Assembly (NCBI GenBank): GCA_963977015.1
Contig: CAXBMO010000024.1
Location: 1 to 64,000, forward strand
Length of the DNA stretch: 64,000 nucleotides
Direction of reading: 5' to 3'
Origin: an uncultured bacterium
GTDB taxonomy: Bacteria; Verrucomicrobiota; Verrucomicrobiia; Verrucomicrobiales; DEV007
In this document: one piece after another, positions 39,817 to 48,279 of the stretch
How positions within the stretch are numbered: position 1 is the stretch's first letter
Layout of the letters: every line of letters starts with the position of its first letter
Translations under genes and position numbers: made by a program
Notes under the pieces: generated by a model
Databases searched by the model: none
Told to the model about the DNA's origin: nothing
The model's input: the letters and a program-made list of their open reading frames with translations, nothing else

Positions 39817-41907
39817 TTACTTCTTCTTGGCCTCTTCGCGTTCCTTGGCTTCGGCGATCACCTTCTCAGTGATGTTGCGAGGACATGGCGCGTAGTGAGA
39901 GAACTCCATCGAGAACTGACCCCGGCCGGATGTCATGGTGCGAAGGTCACCAATGTAACCAAACATTTCACCAAGTGGAGCATCCGCTTTCACCCGAATT
40001 CCGGTTGGCACCGTCATCTGCTCTTTGATGAGACCGCGACGACGGTTCAAATCGCCAATCACGTCACCAACGTGATCTTCCGGCGTAAAGACGTCGAGCT
40101 TCATGATCGGCTCAAGCAGTTGCGCACCGGCTTTGGGAACCGTCTGGCGATAGGCAGCCTTGGCCGCGAGTTCGAACGCAATCGCTGAGGAGTCAACGGC
40201 GTGGTTGCCACCGTCCGTAAGCGTCACCTTGAGGTCGATCATCGGATAACCGGCGAGCACCCCTTTTTCGGTCGACATCCGGAAGCCCTTCTCAACCGCA
40301 GGCCAGAATTCGCGGGGAACGTTTCCACCGACAACCTTCGATTCGAAGGCATAACCTTCGCCGGGTTCATTGGGCTCAATCACGTAGTCAATCTTCGCAT
40401 ATTGCCCCGAACCACCAGACTGCTTCTTGTGGGTGTAGGAATCTTCGGTCCGCTGCGTGATCGTTTCGCGATACGCAACTTGAGGTTCGCCAACTTCCAC
40501 CTCCACTTTGTGGGTCCGCTTCAGAATATCGACTTTGATGTCGAGGTGCAGCTCACCCATTCCCTTGAGAATGGTTTCTCCACTATCCAGATCGGTTTCA
40601 ACGCGGAAGGAAGGATCCTCCTGAACCATCTTTCCGATGGCGACACCAAGCTTCTCAGCGTTGGCTTTGTCTTTCGCGGCAACGGCCATGGAAATCACCG
40701 GATCCGGGAACACCATCGGCTCGAGAGTCGCCGGATTCTTCGGATCACAAAGGGTGTGTCCGGTTTGGATCGTCTTCAGTCCGACCAAAGCGACAATGTC
40801 ACCGGCCTGGGCTCGATCCAGTTCGTTCCGGTCGTCAGCGTGCATTTCCACAATCCGTCCAACCCGCTCGGTCTTGCCGGTAGCGGTGTTCAGGATGCTC
40901 GTGCCTTTCTCCAAAACCCCGGAGTAGATGCGGGTGAAGGTCAGCGCACCGTATTGGTCATCCATGATCTTGAACGCCAAGGCGCGAAGCGGAGCATCGG
41001 GATCCACGATCGCAACTTTTCCAGTTTCGTTACCTTCCATGTCCACCTCGGGCTGAGGCTTCACCTCAGTCGGGCAAGGGAGATAGTCGATCACGGCATC
41101 CAAAACGAGCTGAACACCTTTGTTTTTGAAGGACGATCCGCAATAGGTTGGGAAGAAGTCCAGAGCGATGGTTCCTTTGCGGATACAACGCTTGATGGTG
41201 TCGATATCGGGCTCTTCGCCGTCGAGATATTTCTCCATCACTTCGTCATCCTGCTCAACCGCCGTCTCAATCAGCATCTCGCGATACTGCTCCACCTTCT
41301 CCTTCATATCCTCGGGAACTTCCTCGATCGTGTAGTTCTCAGGATTCCCGGAATCATCCCAGATCCAGGCTTTGCGAGTCAAAAGATCGACCATTCCGAT
41401 GAAATCGTTTTCGATTCCGATGGGAAGAACCATGACCACGGGCTTGGCCGCCAGAATGTTTTCGACCTGGTCGACGACGCGATAAAAATCAGCACCGATA
41501 CGGTCCAACTTGTTCACGTAAATGATTCGAGCGACTTCGGAGTCGTTCGCGTAACGCCAGTTGGTCTCGGACTGGGGCTCAACACCGCCGGATCCACAAA
41601 AGACGCCAACGCCGCCATCGAGAACCTTCAACGAACGATACACCTCAATCGTGAAGTCGACGTGTCCGGGAGTGTCAATGATGTTGAAGCGATAGTCTTT
41701 CCAGAAACACGTGGTGGCAGCCGATTGAATCGTAATACCGCGCTCCTGTTCCTGCTCCATGAAGTCAGTCGTAGCCGCTCCGTCATGTACTTCCCCTAAC
41801 TTGTGAATTTTACCGGTGAGCTTGAGGATTCGCTCGGTGGTAGTGGTCTTGCCCGCATCAACGTGGGCGAAGATGCCAATGTTGCGGTATTTGGAGAGAT
41901 CTGTCAT
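39817..41907 (-). CDS. fusA: Elongation factor G, stand-alone copy
   Basis: [47 protein letters not shown]. Confidence 0.97.
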   Translation of the reverse strand: MTDLSKYRNIGIFAHVDAGKTTTTERILKLTGKIHKLGEVHDGAATTDFMEQEQERGITIQSAATTCFWKDYRFNIIDTPGHVDFTIEVYRSLKVLDGGVGVFCGSGGVEPQSETNWRYANDSEVARIIYVNKLDRIGADFYRVVDQVENILAAKPVVMVLPIGIENDFIGMVDLLTRKAWIWDDSGNPENYTIEEVPEDMKEKVEQYREMLIETAVEQDDEVMEKYLDGEEPDIDTIKRCIRKGTIALDFFPTYCGSSFKNKGVQLVLDAVIDYLPCPTEVKPQPEVDMEGNETGKVAIVDPDAPLRALAFKIMDDQYGALTFTRIYSGVLEKGTSILNTATGKTERVGRIVEMHADDRNELDRAQAGDIVALVGLKTIQTGHTLCDPKNPATLEPMVFPDPVISMAVAAKDKANAEKLGVAIGKMVQEDPSFRVETDLDSGETILKGMGELHLDIKVDILKRTHKVEVEVGEPQVAYRETITQRTEDSYTHKKQSGGSGQYAKIDYVIEPNEPGEGYAFESKVVGGNVPREFWPAVEKGFRMSTEKGVLAGYPMIDLKVTLTDGGNHAVDSSAIAFELAAKAAYRQTVPKAGAQLLEPIMKLDVFTPEDHVGDVIGDLNRRRGLIKEQMTVPTGIRVKADAPLGEMFGYIGDLRTMTSGRGQFSMEFSHYAPCPRNITEKVIAEAKEREEAKKK

Positions 41908-42063
41908 GACTAGAGATGGTTACAGGGAACTTTTGGTCCCGATTTTTCGGGCGGTATTTCTAGTTCAAATCCGTGATTTGGCAACTGGTTTGCGCAAACC
42001 GAATATTTGACGCCCTAAAATCGCGAGATTCCCGCGTGAATTCTATCAATATATTCAAGGGCT

Positions 42064-45000
42064 CTAACCAAGCAACCGAGCGAGCGATTGATGGGCTGAA
42101 TCAACCCATCCTTGGTCCGGGAGAGCGTAGGGACGGAAGGTTTCAAGGTATCCTTCCTGTTCATTGTAGAACAACGCCCGGTTCAATCCCAGATTGCTGG
42201 CCTTGGGCGAATCAATGAGGCTGGATGAGTCGTTTGCGCTCATTTGGAACAGCACCCGCATTTCAAACTCACTCAACGCCTTGCGGCTCATCCCGCGACT
42301 GATGTTGTTGAAGTTGTCGAACATCGCAATGGTGTGGATGCCCACAGCGGGACCTTCAGTGATCAAATCATTCAACTGAGCTCCGGGCGCAGGAGCGGAT
42401 TCGGCATCGAGCGAGAAACTGAAGTCTTCCTCATAACGCAGCTTCTTGAACTTCTGAAGCCCCTGGATGATGACGAACGTCGTTGGCGCCTCGGCGGCGG
42501 CGGCCTCGTCTTCGGTCCGTGCCTTCATGTCGGACGCCAAATCGGCCATCACCGGCTCAACATCGGAGTTCTGAGCCAATTGAACGTGGTGCTGGAGTCC
42601 GGCGCAAACCCGGTGAAGGAAGGCGCGCTCGGGCGTTTCCGGCGCGGTGCCGTCAAAAACCACGAACTTGAGTTTTCCGGCCGCAAACTGCGCGCTGAGG
42701 GAAACGAGCGAAACCGCCAGAATCGCGAGGGCCGACTCATCCCGCTGACCAACGACGAGCAAATTGTTCCCGCTCTGACGCTGAAACGCGGCTTCCGTTG
42801 GGCCCTTGATGGAATTGGGCGCTCCCAGGTAGGCGCGGACGACGCCACTGGTTGGCGCGATGGATTCCGCGCCGAGCATTTGCTCCAACGCCGAATTCTC
42901 GCGAACGTTGCCCGGCGCGTTGCCCTCGAAAACGACCGGACCGGCATATTTTTTGCCCGAATCGTCGGCGAGTTGGCGAACCTTGGTCAAATAACGCTCG
43001 CGGGTACCGTCGTTGAGCCAAACGACCTGAAACGGATTGTTTCCTTCCACGGCCCCGGCGTTGTCGTTGTAAATTCCCTCTCCGGGACGCGAAAGCAGAC
43101 GCGCCGCCGGGTTGTTGTCGTCCATGATGAGGTAGGAATCCGCCTCATTACACTGCAGCGCGATCCGGATGACCATTTGTCCCAGGGTGGAGCGCGCCAA
43201 GGTGAACGCACCGCCCAACGTCTGCGACCCAAGGATCACATGAATCCCGAAGGCTCGACCTTGACGAACAATCCGGTCCAAGAGCAGGGCTGCGTTTTGC
43301 GAAACGCGATCGTCCTCCACAAAATATTCCTGAAACTCATCAATGAGGAGGAGACTCCGCGGCATTTTTTCCGTTCCGCCCGCGGCTTTGTAGCCGGGAA
43401 TGTCCTGAACGCCAAGCTGGCGGAAGAGATCACCGCGACGCTTCAATTCATCATCGACCCGCTGCAACACGCTGAGTCCGAATTCCCGATCACTCTCGAT
43501 CGCGATGACCTTGGCGTGCGGAAGCCGATGCGTGGCGTAGGCCTTGAATTCGACCCCTTTTTTGAAATCGATCAGGTAAAACTCGACCTCATCCGGACTG
43601 AACCAAGACGCCAGGTTGGTGATCATGACGTGAAACAACGTCGATTTGCCGGAACCGGTCTTCCCTGCAACCAACGCGTGCTGCTGGGTTCCCTTCCCGA
43701 TCGCCAGTTGCTGCAATTTCGTCGCTCCCGTCCTCCCGATCGGCACTTTCAACTCCTTGGTCGTATCCAGACTCCAGAACTGCTCATCGGTCGGGGCGAT
43801 GGTTTCGAACGGCACTTCCACGCGCGTTGAGTCGACGCTGGCCTGACCAACTTTGTGGATGAAATTGATCGCGTAATCCGGATCTGGCGCCGCCTCCGGG
43901 ACAATTGAAGCTCCGCGGATCGCATCGTCCGTGAAGATGACGCTGTCGGTTTTGCAGGTGAGACAGGCCGCAGTGTTGCGAAGGTCCTGCGGCTTAAAAC
44001 CGGAAGGAGCCGGGCTGCGCGTGTCCCAGTGAATCAGGGCATAAACACCACACCGCGCTCCGCTTTGCACGATGCTCATGAGGCGTTTCACCGCCATATC
44101 GCTGAATCCGTTCGGGAAATCCGCGACCACCAGGTAGTGGTATTTTTCGGCAATATTCCCGGCCGCCTCGTTGTATTCCGTGATCGTGCTGTAGTCGTTT
44201 CGCAGATACATCTGGATCACCTTCTCCATGTGCTCGTTCAGCTCACCGAGGCGTTTGTCGATGTGCTCGGATTGCGTCCAAATCCGGCTGTTGATCAAGC
44301 TTTCCTCGTAATCCGCCATGTGCATGATCCCGGCGAAATTTTCGCCCAAACTCACGGGATCCAGAATCGTGAAACTCAGCCGCCCGGGCGGAGTCAGCGA
44401 CATGAGCCGCAAAATCACATTGTTCAGCGTGCTGATCCCGACCTCACGACCAACGTTGCCGCTTTCCACCAAAACGCTGCCTTGGTCGGGGATTTTGAGG
44501 GTCAGCGGAATCGACAACTCAGCCGGTCCCGGAAGCGCCAATTTCGGACTTTCCGGAAGCTCTCCGGCCAATTCCGCGACATCGACATTCACGGTCCCAA
44601 GATTGGCGACGTTGTGGAATTCGGTCGGGCTTTGCCAATTCTCAATAAATTCCTGAGTCCACGGCGGAAACAGCTCGGAACTGGCCGCATTCGCAGCGCC
44701 CACGGCCTGGTAAATGCCGGTCATCTCCGCGTTCCATTCCGCGATCAAATTCTCCCAATTCGTTTCGTAGTTGGAGCCAACTTCGCTCAAGCCGCCCTGC
44801 ATCGACTGAATCAAGGTCTGCTTGGTCGACTCCGCCTGAGATTTGAGCGAAGCGAGCTGATTCTCCAAACTGCTGTTCAACTCAGCCAGCTTTCGTTCGC
44901 GAATGCTGTCGAATTTGCCCATCACCCGAACATTCTGATCCTCGATCTTTTTCGGGTAGGTCGCCTTCATGGCTTCGGCTTCCTGGAGAGCAACATTGTA

Positions 45001-45972
45001 GTTTCGCTTCAGCTCGGCGATTCGATCGGTGTGCGCGCCTTCAATCAACGCGACCTGCTGCTGATAATGCGCGTCGGAATCCAGGGAACAGGCATCGACC
45101 AATTGCCGCGACCGACCCATCGCTTTGGCGATTTTCGCGGCGGCCCCGGTCGCGTTCTTCTTTCCGGCAAAATAGAAAAAGCAGGTCAGGATCAGAAGCC
45201 ACAATGCCGAAACGCCGACGGCCCCGACATACAGCATCTCGACTTCGTTGTAGAGCAGGAGCCCCGCAACCGCGCCGTGAACCAGGAGAATCAGGATGAT
45301 CAGCAACGAAACCGGCAAGGCGCCGAAAAAGCGCGGCATCACGTATTTCTTGAAGTCGTTCAACTCCGCCGCGGCCGTGTTCATTTCTCCGCGATAGACA
45401 TCCATCATCGCCTCCACATCCTCTGAGATCTCAGCCACCGGCACCTTCCGTTCCTTCGCCATCATGCGACGAAATGCGCTGTAACCGCGCGTTGCCCGCT
45501 TCGCGGCCTTCTCCATCCGCACCAGATCCTTATGATCGTCGCCCACGATGGTTCGCAGTGCTTCGACCCGCTCCCAGGCCTTGCCGAAGGCCGCGTCCCT
45601 CTCGCGATCCGCCATCATGCGGTTCTTCTGCATCTCGTAGGTCCCCTGCCCTTCGCGCGCCGCGATCACTTCGCGAACGCGTTGGCGGCTGTTCATGTAA
45701 GCCTGGTTGATCCGCGCTTTTCGCTGCTCGAACCGTTGCTCCACTTGAACCACCTTGTTGGCATGCAGCTCCTCGACCTGCTGCAACTGCTTCTCAAGCT
45801 TCTTGTCCTCAACCTCCAGCGCCTCCTCAGTTTCCGTCTCAAGGCGGGAAGTATTCACCCGGGAACCAGACTCGACACGAGATTCGCGTTTCGCGAAATC
45901 GGCGACGCTGGTTTTGAGGCGATCGATGAGTTCGCGCGTCTGGCGAACTGTCAAAAAGTCGTCGTTATTCAC
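42064..45972 (-). CDS. Membrane-anchored FtsK/SpoIIIE-family ATPase, EssC/EccC-like (1302 aa)
   Basis: Coiled-coil N-terminus and two TM helices; one intact P-loop domain (AGKTGSGKST, LIDFKKG, LLIDEFQE, GRAFGIHVILGSQ) flanked by two degenerate RecA-like domains. Confidence 0.88.
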   Translation of the reverse strand: MNNDDFLTVRQTRELIDRLKTSVADFAKRESRVESGSRVNTSRLETETEEALEVEDKKLEKQLQQVEELHANKVVQVEQRFEQRKARINQAYMNSRQRVREVIAAREGQGTYEMQKNRMMADRERDAAFGKAWERVEALRTIVGDDHKDLVRMEKAAKRATRGYSAFRRMMAKERKVPVAEISEDVEAMMDVYRGEMNTAAAELNDFKKYVMPRFFGALPVSLLIILILLVHGAVAGLLLYNEVEMLYVGAVGVSALWLLILTCFFYFAGKKNATGAAAKIAKAMGRSRQLVDACSLDSDAHYQQQVALIEGAHTDRIAELKRNYNVALQEAEAMKATYPKKIEDQNVRVMGKFDSIRERKLAELNSSLENQLASLKSQAESTKQTLIQSMQGGLSEVGSNYETNWENLIAEWNAEMTGIYQAVGAANAASSELFPPWTQEFIENWQSPTEFHNVANLGTVNVDVAELAGELPESPKLALPGPAELSIPLTLKIPDQGSVLVESGNVGREVGISTLNNVILRLMSLTPPGRLSFTILDPVSLGENFAGIMHMADYEESLINSRIWTQSEHIDKRLGELNEHMEKVIQMYLRNDYSTITEYNEAAGNIAEKYHYLVVADFPNGFSDMAVKRLMSIVQSGARCGVYALIHWDTRSPAPSGFKPQDLRNTAACLTCKTDSVIFTDDAIRGASIVPEAAPDPDYAINFIHKVGQASVDSTRVEVPFETIAPTDEQFWSLDTTKELKVPIGRTGATKLQQLAIGKGTQQHALVAGKTGSGKSTLFHVMITNLASWFSPDEVEFYLIDFKKGVEFKAYATHRLPHAKVIAIESDREFGLSVLQRVDDELKRRGDLFRQLGVQDIPGYKAAGGTEKMPRSLLLIDEFQEYFVEDDRVSQNAALLLDRIVRQGRAFGIHVILGSQTLGGAFTLARSTLGQMVIRIALQCNEADSYLIMDDNNPAARLLSRPGEGIYNDNAGAVEGNNPFQVVWLNDGTRERYLTKVRQLADDSGKKYAGPVVFEGNAPGNVRENSALEQMLGAESIAPTSGVVRAYLGAPNSIKGPTEAAFQRQSGNNLLVVGQRDESALAILAVSLVSLSAQFAAGKLKFVVFDGTAPETPERAFLHRVCAGLQHHVQLAQNSDVEPVMADLASDMKARTEDEAAAAEAPTTFVIIQGLQKFKKLRYEEDFSFSLDAESAPAPGAQLNDLITEGPAVGIHTIAMFDNFNNISRGMSRKALSEFEMRVLFQMSANDSSSLIDSPKASNLGLNRALFYNEQEGYLETFRPYALPDQGWVDSAHQSLARLLG

Positions 45973-46177
45973 AGTCTTTCCGGACCTTGGCTACAATTTT
46001 GTCAAGCTTATCGATGACAGTGACGGCCGTGTCCACATTTTCAAACAACCCACTGAGATAACGCGCCTCAAATTCAAGCGCTTTTTGGTCGCGCCAGTAA
46101 GCCCTGGTCGCCTCCCACTTGCGAGAGAGCTCCTTGGTCGATCCGGCCAACCTCGCTTTACTGGCATTCATATTCAT
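45965..46177 (-). CDS. Short WXG100-like helical hairpin protein (70 aa)
   Basis: Two amphipathic helices around W-R-D...F; overlaps both neighbouring genes. Confidence 0.7.
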   Translation of the reverse strand: MNMNASKARLAGSTKELSRKWEATRAYWRDQKALEFEARYLSGLFENVDTAVTVIDKLDKIVAKVRKDCE

Positions 46178-46749
46178 TGCTCATCCTCCTTTGTCTCTGG
46201 AGCATCCACCTGTGACTCGGCAGCTGCGGCATCCTCTGAGGTTGCCAGAGTCGTCGTCGTATCACCGGCCGACGTCCGCGCCGTGCCCGCATATTCATCC
46301 AGGCTCTTGACCGCCTGCGCCAGATACGCGACCGCCTTCGGCAAATCGTTGCCCACCATGTTGCGCAACCGCTCCAGATTCCGCGCCATTGGCTCCACCT
46401 GGCTGTCGAACGAGCGAATCCAACTCTGCGTCGCCCGCAGCTTCGTTTCCGCCTCGCGCAACGCCTCCTCGCAACGCTCCACCTGACGCTTTTGCAAGGT
46501 CGTCGAATCCATCATGCTGGACAACTCGGCGCTGAACAGCTCCTGCTGTGCATCGTTCAACTTCCGCGTTCGACGCCGGATCTCCGTTTTCCAATGCGGA
46601 ATCTGGTTGTTCAGCAACCAAACCCGAAGCCGCGTCACCTCATCGCTCACCTCGGCAAGCGACATCCCCGCCTTTTCCATGTAGGTGATGAGCGAGGCTC
46701 GAAAGTCCTCCAACGCATCAACCCGGGAGATGTTCGCCTTGTCTGCCAT
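46174..46749 (-). CDS. Elongated helical WXG100-like protein (191 aa)
   Basis: All-helical heptad pattern; N- and C-terminal motifs resemble the 90-aa WXG100 protein; acidic low-complexity tail. Confidence 0.7.
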   Translation of the reverse strand: MADKANISRVDALEDFRASLITYMEKAGMSLAEVSDEVTRLRVWLLNNQIPHWKTEIRRRTRKLNDAQQELFSAELSSMMDSTTLQKRQVERCEEALREAETKLRATQSWIRSFDSQVEPMARNLERLRNMVGNDLPKAVAYLAQAVKSLDEYAGTARTSAGDTTTTLATSEDAAAAESQVDAPETKEDEQ

Positions 46750-46757
46750 CGTCCCGT

Positions 46758-47030
46758 CTAACGTTGGCTCAGGTAATCCTCAATCCGCTGGGCCTTCCGA
46801 AGCAGGAGCGGCGCATGCCGGTTCGACGCTTCGAGAAATTTCTTCAGCGCCTTGCTCGTATCCTGAAACTCCTCGGCAAATTGCTGGTGCTCCTGATCCT
46901 GCCAAGTATCACCCAGCGCCGAAAACCGCGCCTGCAGCGAACTCATCCGGTTTTGGAGATCTCCGTTAAACCGCTTCAATTCTTCAGCGAAACGCCGAAC
47001 TTCTTCTGGATCAATAATTGCCTGGGCCAT
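46758..47030 (-). CDS. WXG100/ESAT-6-like protein (90 aa, W-x-D variant)
   Basis: I.DPEEV..FA..L, central L..TWQD....F, helix-turn-helix size of about 90 aa. Confidence 0.88.
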   Translation of the reverse strand: MAQAIIDPEEVRRFAEELKRFNGDLQNRMSSLQARFSALGDTWQDQEHQQFAEEFQDTSKALKKFLEASNRHAPLLLRKAQRIEDYLSQR

Positions 47031-47054
47031 AGCTGTGGGATTCGTCTTTGGACG

Positions 47055-47084
47055 ACTCTAACAGGGAAATCTTGAAGACTCCAA
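47055..47084 (-). promoter_or_regulatory. Candidate extended -10 promoter of the WXG100 operon
   Basis: TTGGAG-N18-TAGAGT with TGn before the -10 box, 24 nt upstream of the ATG. Confidence 0.45.
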
Positions 47085-47103
47085 GACTGTTTTTTGGGAA
47101 GGG

Positions 47104-48279
47104 TTAGCTCGGCACGCCTGGAGCCTCAACAGGCGATTCAGCCTCCTCAGGTTCCTCCACTTCCCGAATCTTGACTTCCATGCCCTCGATGACGGCTTCG
47201 ATGGGGGTGAGGCAGATTCGTTCGCCCTGATCGAGACCGGCGGTGACGATGGCTTCGTCGCCCTGACGCCGGAGAACGTTGACGGTGCGGAACTTGAGCC
47301 GGTTGTCCGGACCGACGAGGACGAGGCGGTCTTCGCCGTAGAAGGCTTTGAGGGGGACGCGGACGGCGTCGCGAATCGTGCGGCCTTCCACCGCCGCCTG
47401 GACGAAGAGGCCGGGTTGCATGATGGCGATGTCGCTGGGGCGCGGGCTGACTTCGGCCACGAGGTAAACGGAGCGACTGGCCCGATCGATGACGCCTTCC
47501 TGCCTAACGACGTTGCCATTCCATTCGAAGGTTTGGCCGCCAGCTTGGGTTTTGAGCACCGCCTTGGGGTTGTCGCCCACGAGGGCAAATTCATCGAGGG
47601 AAAGCGGGAGACGGATCTCGAACGGGGCGACGGCGTAGACGTTGGCGACGGGGGCGCCCGGGGTGAGGAAGGAACCCAGTTCGACACTGATTTTCTCCAA
47701 ACGGCTGTCGTAATCCGCTTTGATCTCGGTTCGCACCAAATCGCGCTGGGCTTTCTCCACATTCGCCTTCGCAGCTTCGATGCGGGCCTTGGCACTGGCG
47801 ATTTGAGGTTTGCGCAGGGTCAGATCGGTCGGCTTTCCTCCGCGCCCAAGCCGCTGCCAGTCGCGATATGCTTTTTCAGCCTGGGCCTCTTCCGTTGCGA
47901 GCATCAATTCGGCCTCGGCTTTGGTGGCTTTGGCCTGGGCGAGGGCGGATTCGTAGTCAGCCTTTTCCAGCCGAATCATGGGCTCGCCCTTGGTGAATTG
48001 ACCACCGGCCTCAAATTTCTCTGAAACCCAGACGACTTTGCCGGCGACTTCGGCGGCAAGTTGCGTTTCGCGCGCAGGCTCGACCATGCCCTGGGAGGGA
48101 AGCTCCAATTTCAGCGTCTCTTTCTCGACGCTGGCGACTTCGACAACCGGAAGCGCCCGAACAGTCGGCGCCTTCTCAGCCTCCGGCTTCAGCTTCAGGA
48201 GAACCACCGCCGCTGCCACTCCGGCGCCTAAAACGATCAAGCACAGAACTAGCTGAGTCAGCTTCAGGGAGAGTTTCAC
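47104..48279 (-). CDS. RND-type periplasmic adaptor (membrane fusion protein)
   Basis: N-terminal TM, L.AEVAGKV, alpha-hairpin, RTEIKA, PGLFV.A, GL..GE. Confidence 0.9.
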   Translation of the reverse strand: MKLSLKLTQLVLCLIVLGAGVAAAVVLLKLKPEAEKAPTVRALPVVEVASVEKETLKLELPSQGMVEPARETQLAAEVAGKVVWVSEKFEAGGQFTKGEPMIRLEKADYESALAQAKATKAEAELMLATEEAQAEKAYRDWQRLGRGGKPTDLTLRKPQIASAKARIEAAKANVEKAQRDLVRTEIKADYDSRLEKISVELGSFLTPGAPVANVYAVAPFEIRLPLSLDEFALVGDNPKAVLKTQAGGQTFEWNGNVVRQEGVIDRASRSVYLVAEVSPRPSDIAIMQPGLFVQAAVEGRTIRDAVRVPLKAFYGEDRLVLVGPDNRLKFRTVNVLRRQGDEAIVTAGLDQGERICLTPIEAVIEGMEVKIREVEEPEEAESPVEAPGVPS

